DNA of 64,000 nucleotides from an uncultured Verrucomicrobiae bacterium (GTDB taxonomy: Bacteria; Verrucomicrobiota; Verrucomicrobiia; Chthoniobacterales; Terrimicrobiaceae): assembly GCA_963824895.1 (NCBI GenBank), contig CAWGQS010000005.1, positions 36,931 to 100,930 of the forward strand, in the 5' to 3' direction. This document shows, in pieces, positions 29,516 through 37,102 of this stretch; position 1 is the first letter of the stretch; each line of letters starts with the position of its first letter. The position numbers were made by a program, and so were the translations under genes. The notes under the pieces were generated by a model. The model was not told where the DNA came from. It made no database searches and saw only the letters and a program-made list of their open reading frames with translations.

Positions 29516-30832
29516 ATGAGTACTGTTTCCTCTTCGAACGAAAAAGCAAGCCTACCGGTGGTTGTAATCATCGGAGGAGGATTTGCTGGACTGAGTGCCG
29601 CGAAAGAGCTGGCCCAAGCTCCTGTCAAGGTGGTCCTTGTTGACAGGAGCAATCACCACCTCTTCCAGCCCCTCCTTTACCAGGTAGCCACTGCCGAATT
29701 GTCGCCAGCGGACATCGCTCAGCCGATCCGCGGCATTCTTCGCAACCAGGCCAACGTCCGAGTCATTCTCGACGAGGTTAGACAAATCAATCCGGAGAGC
29801 CGGGAGGTGATTACGGAGGACCTGACTTTTAAATATGACTACCTCATTGTCGCGGCTGGCGCGCGTCATCATTACTTCGGCCACGACGAATGGGAAGATC
29901 AAGCGCCCGGTCTCAAAAGCATTAAAGATGCTCTCGAGATCCGACGCCGCGTGCTGCTGTCATTTGAAGTCGCTGAAAAGGCTAATACCGATGAAGAGCG
30001 CAAGCAGGCGTTGACCTTCGTGATCGTCGGCGCGGGTCCGACGGGAGTCGAAATGGCGGGCGCAATTTCCGAACTTGCACGCTTCACACTTCGGAGGGAC
30101 TTTCGCCACATCGATCCGACGTCGGCTCGTGTCATTCTGGTAGAGGCCGCTCCGCGGGTCCTTCCTCCCTTTGACCCAGCACTCTCCGAAAGCGCGCTTC
30201 GGCAGCTTAAGGAACTTGAGGTCGAGGTACTTTTAAACAGCGCAGTAACCCGCTTGGCAGATGGCGAAGTGGATGTTAATCAGCAGGTCATCAAAACACG
30301 CACGGTTATCTGGGCGGCTGGCAATAAAGCTTCACCGCTTGCCGCAATGCTCGGTGGTGAGATCGATCGCCAAGGTCGTGTCAAGGTCAACCCCGACCTG
30401 ACCATCCCTGGCCGTCCAGAGATTCAAGCCATTGGCGACATGATTGCCGCCACCTATGATGGGGGCAAGCCAGTACCCGGTGTGAGTCCTGCGGCTATGC
30501 AAGCTGGGCGCCATGCAGCGAAGAATATCGAGCGCCAGCTTCGAGGTGAACCGCCAATCCCATGGAGCTATTTTGACAAGGGAAGCATGGCAACCATCGG
30601 GCGCTATAAGGCGGTTGCCAGCGTGGCTGGGATGAAGTTTAGCGGTCACCTGGCCTGGTTAGCGTGGGTTTTCGTTCACCTTATATTTCTCATTGGTTTC
30701 CGAAACCGCGTTTTTGTCTTTTGGCAGTGGGCTTGGGCACACCTTAACTACGAAAAGGGTGCTCGCCTCATCACCGGAAGCGTCGGCAAGGAGGGGGTGC
30801 TGAAAGAGAAAGGCTCTGGCTTACCTGAATAG
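29516..30832 (+). CDS. ndh: Type II NADH:quinone oxidoreductase (NDH-2)
   Basis: 438 aa with VVIIGGGFAGL and VIVGAGPTGVE dinucleotide folds, GD motif AIGDM, and a C-terminal amphipathic/hydrophobic tail. Confidence 0.9.
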   Translation: MSTVSSSNEKASLPVVVIIGGGFAGLSAAKELAQAPVKVVLVDRSNHHLFQPLLYQVATAELSPADIAQPIRGILRNQANVRVILDEVRQINPESREVITEDLTFKYDYLIVAAGARHHYFGHDEWEDQAPGLKSIKDALEIRRRVLLSFEVAEKANTDEERKQALTFVIVGAGPTGVEMAGAISELARFTLRRDFRHIDPTSARVILVEAAPRVLPPFDPALSESALRQLKELEVEVLLNSAVTRLADGEVDVNQQVIKTRTVIWAAGNKASPLAAMLGGEIDRQGRVKVNPDLTIPGRPEIQAIGDMIAATYDGGKPVPGVSPAAMQAGRHAAKNIERQLRGEPPIPWSYFDKGSMATIGRYKAVASVAGMKFSGHLAWLAWVFVHLIFLIGFRNRVFVFWQWAWAHLNYEKGARLITGSVGKEGVLKEKGSGLPE

Positions 30833-30970
30833 CAAGAGCGCAAAGCGAATCTGCAGAACCTGCTTACACGTCCCTACCCTGCCTGATAGTGTGTGCCCGC
30901 GAGCGAAAGACCAGAGTCTGACCGAGTCGAATTTGGTCTGTCGGAAGCACACTCAACGTGAGAGTTAGTA

Positions 30971-31954
30971 GTGTTAGCCGCTGGCAAAGTTGCTGTTGTC
31001 GGCTCCGGATCCGTTGGTCTTTATTACGGTGGGAAGCTGGCTGCCCACGGTGTCGATGTTCGTTTTCTTCTCCGCTCAGGCTTTGAGGAAGCGAGTGAAC
31101 GCGGTATCTCAATCTATAGCGTCAACAGCGAAGACGTTCATCTCGATCAGCCCAAAATATTCCGCGATGTTCGGGAAATAGGAGGCTGCGACGTTGTTAT
31201 TGTGGCGTTAAAGACAACCTCGAACGGGGCCCTGGAGAAACTCATTCCTCCCCTCCTCCATGAGACAACCGTTTTGCTGACGCTGCAGAACGGTCTCGGC
31301 AACGAAGAATTGTTGGCGACTTTTTTGGGAGCTGAGCGAGTGCTGGGAGGTTTGTGCTTCGTTTGTCTCACCCGACGCACCGCCGCCAGCGTTAATCACT
31401 TTGGACACGGAATGCTTTCCATTGGCGAGTATGCCGGCTCTTCCCGGACGCGCACGCGCACGCTTGTCGAAACATTTTGCGACAGCGGCATCGACGCGCG
31501 GGTGGTAGAGGATTTAGGCACGGAACGCTGGCGCAAGCTCGTCTGGAATATTCCATTTAACGGACTCGCGGTGGCGGAGGGTGGCCTTACGGTCGACAGA
31601 ATCCTCAGTGACTCGGGACTTAAGGCGCGCTGCCGCGCGTTAATGAATGAGACGATCACCGCGGCCACGGCCCTCGGTCATCCCATCGAGCGACAATATG
31701 CAGATCTTCAAATTGAGCGGACCTATCCAATGGGCGCTTATCAGCCGTCGACCCTTGTGGATTGGCTCGCTGGGAAGCAATTGGAAGTTGAAGCGATGTG
31801 GGGAGAGCCTTTGCGCCGCGCGACAAGAATCGGACTATCGCTGCCGCACCTCGAGGCGCTCTACGAGCGTCTCCAGCAACTTCACTCGCAGACGTCCCAA
31901 GCATCCCAGGTCTTCCCGGTGCCAAGAGACGTAGGCTCCTCCTCCAGGGCGTGA
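30971..31954 (+). CDS. panE: 2-dehydropantoate 2-reductase
   Basis: 327 aa with a GTG start. VAVVGSGSVGLYYGGKLA is a Rossmann motif and the ApbA/PanE pattern (LLTLQNGLGNEE) is present. Confidence 0.8.
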   Translation: MLAAGKVAVVGSGSVGLYYGGKLAAHGVDVRFLLRSGFEEASERGISIYSVNSEDVHLDQPKIFRDVREIGGCDVVIVALKTTSNGALEKLIPPLLHETTVLLTLQNGLGNEELLATFLGAERVLGGLCFVCLTRRTAASVNHFGHGMLSIGEYAGSSRTRTRTLVETFCDSGIDARVVEDLGTERWRKLVWNIPFNGLAVAEGGLTVDRILSDSGLKARCRALMNETITAATALGHPIERQYADLQIERTYPMGAYQPSTLVDWLAGKQLEVEAMWGEPLRRATRIGLSLPHLEALYERLQQLHSQTSQASQVFPVPRDVGSSSRA

Positions 31955-32025
31955 ACAACAGCGCCGTCCTAATCAGCTAGTGGCAACCTCGGCCATTTCT
32001 GATATCCTTTCGGGCTTTTCGCTGC

Positions 32026-32613
32026 ATGGACGAGGCTCCGGAACCACATGACGACGATTTGGTCGCCCGCACACAGGCCGGGGATCCAGAGGCGTTCGAC
32101 GAACTGGTGATTCGTTATAGTCCGAGACTCTACGGCCTCATCTACAATATGACGTCCAACCATGAAGATACCAACGACCTCCTTCAGGAAGTTTTCGCGA
32201 AAGCCTATCGCTCCATCAGCGGTTTCCGAGGTAAGTCGAGCTTTTACACTTGGATGCATTCCATCGCTGTCAACATGACGATAAACTTTGTTAAAAAGCG
32301 CGGTCGGCGTCATGCCTTGAGCCTCGATGACATGGATGCCGGCGTGCAGAACGATCCTGACTTCATCGAGGCCACCACGGGCGGTGATCCGCGACAGGAC
32401 GCGAATATTTCCGAACTGCAACAAAGATTGAACGAGGCATTGCAGAAGCTGTCTCACGAACATAGAGCGGTCGTTACCATGTTTGACATTCAAGGAATGC
32501 CCCACGCCGAAATCGCCAAGATCCTTGGGATTTCAGAGGGGACCGTCAGATCCAGATTGTTTTATGCACACCGCCAGTTGCAAATTTATCTCGAAGAGTT
32601 TATCAAACACTGA
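32026..32613 (+). CDS. ECF-type RNA polymerase sigma factor
   Basis: 195 aa with region 2 (DLLQEVFAKAYRSI) and region 4 (MPHAEIAKILGISEGTVRSRLFYAHRQL). Confidence 0.9.
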   Translation: MDEAPEPHDDDLVARTQAGDPEAFDELVIRYSPRLYGLIYNMTSNHEDTNDLLQEVFAKAYRSISGFRGKSSFYTWMHSIAVNMTINFVKKRGRRHALSLDDMDAGVQNDPDFIEATTGGDPRQDANISELQQRLNEALQKLSHEHRAVVTMFDIQGMPHAEIAKILGISEGTVRSRLFYAHRQLQIYLEEFIKH

Positions 32614-32622
32614 GTCAATGGT

Positions 32623-33051
32623 ATGGACGAAGAGCTGAACGTCTCGAAGTTGTTGCGATTGAAGCGCTACGAAAAGCCTCCTCCTGCGTACTTCGACGAC
32701 TTTCTACGAGAGTTCCAAAGACGCCAGCGCGTTGAGGCTCTTCGGCGTCCCGGTTGGGCAGTTTTCTGGGATCGGATTGCTTCGATCGCCCCCACCTTCC
32801 GGGTTCCCCAGTTTGCTTATGCGGTGATTCTCATGTTGGCTGCGGCTGCATCCGCATTCATCGTTACTCAGCAGCCTTCCGGAACATTGGCCCAGGCGGA
32901 TGGTTCCCGCACCTCATTCTCACTAACTGCTTCGAAACCCGTAACGATTACTGATACGCTTCCGGTCTCCGCACAAACCGGCGGGTCGCTGCCGTCACAC
33001 TATGTGCTTCAGCCCAGGCCCGTGAGCAATGATCAGCCGCTCAGTTTCTAG
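32623..33051 (+). CDS. Putative single-pass anti-sigma factor
   Basis: 142 aa, located 10 nt after the sigma gene. It has a cytoplasmic N-terminus, one TM helix (FAYAVILMLAAAASAFIV) and no zinc motif. The call rests on position and topology only. Confidence 0.5.
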   Translation: MDEELNVSKLLRLKRYEKPPPAYFDDFLREFQRRQRVEALRRPGWAVFWDRIASIAPTFRVPQFAYAVILMLAAAASAFIVTQQPSGTLAQADGSRTSFSLTASKPVTITDTLPVSAQTGGSLPSHYVLQPRPVSNDQPLSF

Positions 33052-34081
33052 CGCTCTGGGCGGAAAGCTTGGCGTTCTTCTTCTTTTGCTCGTCGCGGGC
33101 GCGAGTCGAGCGGAGGACAACCTTGGGGAGAAGATCTCTTCCGAGGTTCGACGGCTCTTTGATGAACGATGCTCATCAACTGTCCGCGTCGAAGCGTATG
33201 ACCGCCATGGAAAACTCAGTGGGACGGGATTCTTTGCTGATCCAGCCGGCACGATCTATACACTTTCCTACATTGTGGCGAACGCGGACGAGATTCTCGT
33301 CGTTCACGGCGACCGGCGAATTCCTGCGAAGCTTCTTCTGGCTGATCCTCGCAGTGGCATCGCCCTCGTCAAGGTGGATTATAATTCTCCATTCATACCG
33401 ATCGGCAACTCCAAGGGGCTTACTCTGGCTTCTCCAGTCATGGCCATTGGCTTTCCGGTGAATCTCGCGGCCACCCCCAGTTTTGGAATTGTGGCGGGAT
33501 TCGACCGGCAGTTTCTCGGCAGATATTTCATGACGACACACATCCGAGCTATTGTTTCAGTTGAGCCCGGCTTCGGGGGTGCGCCTCTGATGAACCTGCA
33601 AGGCGAGGTTGTCGGTATTATCGTTTCAGGAATTGACGGCGGCGGAGCTTGCTATGCGTTGCCGATCGAAGCGGCCGAGAAGCTTCGGATGGACTACGTC
33701 CGGTTTGGCGAACCAAGATATGGATGGGTCGGCGCGGACGTGGAGGATGAACATGTTGCTGGCGAAGGTTCGCGAGTTCGAATTGCTGAGCTTGGACCAG
33801 GATCGCCGGCGGCCGAGTCGGGATTGAAAGAGGGGGATGTGGTTTCAAAGATTGGCGGTGTGAAGATCTCGACGGCCGAAGATGTCATCGATGCGTCGTT
33901 CTTCCTAACGGCTGGTGACCGTGTGCCCATTATGATCGAGCGCGACGGGCATGAGATGTCCATCGATGTGCGTCCAGTCAAGCATTCGGTTGCGGATGCT
34001 GAAAGTGGCCCGGGGGACGGACTCTCCGAGCTACATGTCCTGGCGCCCGGCTCACTTCCCGAGAATTTAAAGCTCGAGTAG
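33029..34081 (+). CDS. HtrA/DegP-like trypsin-fold + PDZ protein with substituted catalytic triad (predicted pseudo-protease)
   Basis: 350 aa with a signal peptide. The fold motifs are GTGFFADPAGTIYTLSYIV (Tyr81 at the His position), ADPRSGIALVKV (Gly110 at the Asp position) and EPGFGGAPLMNLQGEVVGI (Gly183 at the Ser position). A PDZ-like segment follows (GSPAAESGLKEGDVVSKIGG). Confidence 0.75.
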   Translation: MISRSVSSALGGKLGVLLLLLVAGASRAEDNLGEKISSEVRRLFDERCSSTVRVEAYDRHGKLSGTGFFADPAGTIYTLSYIVANADEILVVHGDRRIPAKLLLADPRSGIALVKVDYNSPFIPIGNSKGLTLASPVMAIGFPVNLAATPSFGIVAGFDRQFLGRYFMTTHIRAIVSVEPGFGGAPLMNLQGEVVGIIVSGIDGGGACYALPIEAAEKLRMDYVRFGEPRYGWVGADVEDEHVAGEGSRVRIAELGPGSPAAESGLKEGDVVSKIGGVKISTAEDVIDASFFLTAGDRVPIMIERDGHEMSIDVRPVKHSVADAESGPGDGLSELHVLAPGSLPENLKLE

Positions 34082-34105
34082 GTGGCTAGGTGCCGGGAGA
34101 ACCAG

Positions 34106-34705
34106 CTAGACCACTTTCTCTCGGAGACCTCCCAACGCGTGCGACAATTTCTTTATTCCGAGCTCGATTCTTGTCTTCACGGTGCCCAGCGGGATCTTGG
34201 TCAGGGCTGAAATTTCGCGCTGACTTTTCTCTTGGAAAAACGCCAGATGAATGACTTCCTGTTGATTCGGGGGTAGACTGTCGAGATGGTGGCGGAGCAA
34301 TGAACGCAAGTCATCTCGAAAGGCTTCACGCTCGACGCTGTGTGATTCGTCAATTCCCTTGTCGAAGTGTTTGCATGAAACCTCGTAGCGATCGGTTGCA
34401 CGTCGATAGGCAGCGTGCTGCCTAAGACGGTCTATTGCGCGGCGGCGTGCCAGCGTGCAAAGCCAACTCATGAGCTTGCCCTTCCCCGAGGAATAGCTTG
34501 GTGCGCGATTCCAGACTTGGAGAAACACTTCCTGCAATACGTCGTCGGCCTCGGTCTCATCATGGAGCACTTGCATGATGATTGATTTCAATACTACCCG
34601 ATAGCGCTTATAGAGGCGGTCAAGAGCCTCGGGCCATTTCTGCAGGATCCCATCCATCAGCTGCTGGTCATCCTGCGTCAAATCACGATCAATTAGTAAT
34701 TCCAT
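34106..34705 (-). CDS. ECF-type RNA polymerase sigma factor (no adjacent anti-sigma gene)
   Basis: 199 aa with region 2 (DVLQEVFLQVWNRA) and region 4 (SQREISALTKIPLGTVKTRIELGIKKL). Confidence 0.9.
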   Translation of the reverse strand: MELLIDRDLTQDDQQLMDGILQKWPEALDRLYKRYRVVLKSIIMQVLHDETEADDVLQEVFLQVWNRAPSYSSGKGKLMSWLCTLARRRAIDRLRQHAAYRRATDRYEVSCKHFDKGIDESHSVEREAFRDDLRSLLRHHLDSLPPNQQEVIHLAFFQEKSQREISALTKIPLGTVKTRIELGIKKLSHALGGLREKVV

Positions 34706-34808
34706 AGTCGATCTGGTTTCGACTACATGCTAACCGACGGCCTGAGCTTTCCCAATCGGTGCCCTTAGCGATTCGAATATCAGTGAATATCTGACATATC
34801 CGGAGTGA

Positions 34809-34846
34809 CCCCGATCTCTGCCTCGGGGTTTGCTTTACCGCTTTTT
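34809..34846 (+). terminator. Terminator-like hairpin with T-rich tail, orientation unassigned
   Basis: CCCCGA (34809-34814), 8-nt loop, TCGGGG (34823-34828), then TTTGCTTTACCGCTTTTT. It lies between two minus-strand genes, so its role is unclear. Confidence 0.3.
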
Positions 34847-34895
34847 CAGGTTCTTAAGCGCGGCCTTCTTCCTTTGGCAAGGATCTCGGAGGGGA

Positions 34896-35222
34896 TTAGC
34901 GGAGCGCGCCGGACGTTGAAAATCTGCCAATGGGAAGATTATACTCGAGCGACTTTCTCATGAGCAGACCGATCTCAGACTCAGTGAAGCTGGCAACAAT
35001 ATCGTTCCTGGGACGTTGGCCAATGAACTTACGAATCAACTCAGTCGTCACTTCGCCGCCATGGAGGTCCATGAAGAGTGCCATTTCGAAGATCATATCT
35101 CGGTAGGGGCGTGACCACTCGTGGGTTCCCTGCCCAGCCAGCATGAGCAGCTTTAGCGGAATAAGCTTGTTGCGCACAAGCTTCGTCCACTCTCGCCGCA
35201 ATTCCGGATGCTTATTGATCAC
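34896..35222 (-). CDS. Hypothetical protein
   Basis: 108-aa ORF upstream of the ECF sigma gene on the same strand. I recognise no family. Confidence 0.4.
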   Translation of the reverse strand: MINKHPELRREWTKLVRNKLIPLKLLMLAGQGTHEWSRPYRDMIFEMALFMDLHGGEVTTELIRKFIGQRPRNDIVASFTESEIGLLMRKSLEYNLPIGRFSTSGALR

Positions 35223-35358
35223 ATTAGGAGATTCGCAATTCGGTTGACCCCCTTGCTTCAGATACTTCCCTGACTGGTAATTCGGTGAGCCACAAAATTT
35301 GCGTTCAGGGATACACGCGGAGATCTTGGTTTAGCCGATTTTGGAAAAACAGCAAACT

Positions 35359-35580
35359 ATGCGCATCGTCGGAATTGTTCTAATCTGCATTGGACTCCTT
35401 GCTCTCGCCCTCCCGTACATAACTTTCACAAAGCAGGAAAAGGTGCTTGATATCGGACCGATAGAGGCTGTTGCGGAAGAGAAGGAGCGGATTCCCGTCT
35501 CGCCAATCGTCGGTGCGGTGGTTCTCATCGCGGGAGCGGGCATCTTGATTGCGGGAGCCAGAAAGGGTTCTCTCTTGTGA
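35359..35580 (+). CDS. Small two-TM membrane protein
   Basis: MRIVGIVLICIGLLALALPY...PIVGAVVLIAGAGILIAGARK gives two hydrophobic helices. The ATG at 35359 is preferred over the TTG at 35341. Confidence 0.5.
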   Translation: MRIVGIVLICIGLLALALPYITFTKQEKVLDIGPIEAVAEEKERIPVSPIVGAVVLIAGAGILIAGARKGSLL

Positions 35581-35643
35581 AGGCGGCTTGCATACACTCA
35601 GGCCACACCCCATCTGCGAAGTATCGATAGACATCAGATTACC

Positions 35644-35796
35644 ATGAACCTTCTTTTGTTGATCATACTGGTTGTCCTTCTGGTTGGTGCACTACCAACA
35701 TGGCCCTATAGCAGCGGCTGGGGTTTTTACCCAAGTGGTGCGTTGGGTCTTATTCTTGTGATTCTTTTGATTCTTGTTCTGCTCGGAAGAATTTAG
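35644..35796 (+). CDS. DUF3309-family small membrane protein (50 aa; below the ORF-track cutoff)
   Basis: My own translation gives MNLLLLIILVVLLVGALPTWPYSSGWGFYPSGALGLILVILLILVLLGRI. The ALPTWPYS.GWGYYPSG core is characteristic of DUF3309. Confidence 0.7.
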   Translation: MNLLLLIILVVLLVGALPTWPYSSGWGFYPSGALGLILVILLILVLLGRI

Positions 35797-35898
35797 GGTC
35801 GATCGGTCGCTCAGATCACGAGGGGCGGGCTGACGAGTGAGGTCGCGTGCTGTGGCCACTGGAAGGTAGTTCTTGTCAAAAGCCGAGTTGGTTGGAAA

Positions 35899-36804
35899 AT
35901 GGTTGAACAAACCACCATCCCGCTTGATCAAAGAGTAATGAGTCGACTTCGTATTTCTCATACGACGGCTTATCGCTATTCGGAGCCGGTGTCGTTCGGA
36001 ATCCATCGACTCGTGATCAGGCCCCGCGAAGGCCACGACCTTCAGGTGGAGAATCTTTCCCTTAGAGTCAGTCCGGATGGCGCCGTCAGCTGGCACCGCG
36101 ATATTTTTGGCAATTCGATTGCTCTGGCGTCCTTTTCGGAACCTGGCAATCTCCTGGAATTTTCGAGTGAAGCGGTTGTCTGCCGGCGTGATCACACGTC
36201 GCACCGGCGACTGCTGGACGTTCTTCCGATCAAGTTTCCGGTGCAGTATTCGGACTTCGAGGCTTCGGTTGCGCGAGGGTATTTGAAATCAGTTTATCCT
36301 GCCGAGAAGGAGGAGATCCGAGCGTGGGCGGAGCAAACCTTTGCGCCGGATGCGGGAGAGGATGCTGTCCTCCTGGTCGATAAGATCAATGAATGGATTT
36401 ACCGGTCGATTCGCTATCGGCGCCGAGAGGACCGTGGTGTGCAAAGCCCCCGGCAGACTTTACGACTGGGAAGCGGTTCATGCCGAGACATGGCGACCTT
36501 GTTGCTTGAGGCCGCCAGAGCATTGCGGCTCCCAGCCCGCTTTGCGAGCGGTTATCTGGACGGCGCCGCCTCGCGAGCCGGTTCTGCTTCGACGCACGCT
36601 TGGGCGGAAGTCTATTTTCCCGAGCATGGTTGGTTTGGGTGCGACCCGACCGTTGGCGAGGGAACGTCAGAAAAACACATCGTCTGCGGTGTCAGTTCCC
36701 ATCCGCGCGGGGTGATGCCAGTCAGCGGCTATTACTCTGGCTCCAGGAGCAGCTATCTTGCGCTCGATGTGAGCGTGGATATTAGTCCACTGGAGCCGAA
36801 CTGA
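35899..36804 (+). CDS. Transglutaminase-family protein (Bact_transglu_N + transglutaminase core)
   Basis: 301 aa with an N-terminal RISHTTAYRYSEPV and the core GSGSCRDMATLLLEAARALRLPARFASGY...HAWAEVYFPEHGWFGCDPT. Confidence 0.85.
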   Translation: MVEQTTIPLDQRVMSRLRISHTTAYRYSEPVSFGIHRLVIRPREGHDLQVENLSLRVSPDGAVSWHRDIFGNSIALASFSEPGNLLEFSSEAVVCRRDHTSHRRLLDVLPIKFPVQYSDFEASVARGYLKSVYPAEKEEIRAWAEQTFAPDAGEDAVLLVDKINEWIYRSIRYRRREDRGVQSPRQTLRLGSGSCRDMATLLLEAARALRLPARFASGYLDGAASRAGSASTHAWAEVYFPEHGWFGCDPTVGEGTSEKHIVCGVSSHPRGVMPVSGYYSGSRSSYLALDVSVDISPLEPN

Positions 36805-36885
36805 CCAGAGTCCGGAACGCAGCGTCTTGTTTGGGACAACCACAAAAAGGTTGCCAAAACGAACCTCAATGGACACTAAGAAGCT

Positions 36886-37071
36886 ATGAAGCATAGAAAT
36901 CTGCGACCTACTCTGCATCATGTGATTACTGTCGGAGTTCTGATTTGCCTGACAGGCTGTATCACGGTGAGGCGGGAGGTAGAGCCCACGACGACAGTCA
37001 CGACCACAGAAACCCGTTCCTCGACGATTGTGCCGGCCACCTCCACAACGGTGGAGCGGACGGTCTATTAA
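36886..37071 (+). CDS. Small Thr-rich lipoprotein (putative)
   Basis: 61 aa with a lipobox-like LTGC after a hydrophobic stretch. Confidence 0.4.
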   Translation: MKHRNLRPTLHHVITVGVLICLTGCITVRREVEPTTTVTTTETRSSTIVPATSTTVERTVY

Positions 37072-37102
37072 GTAAATCCGGAACTCAGAGATTGGGCTGG
37101 AG

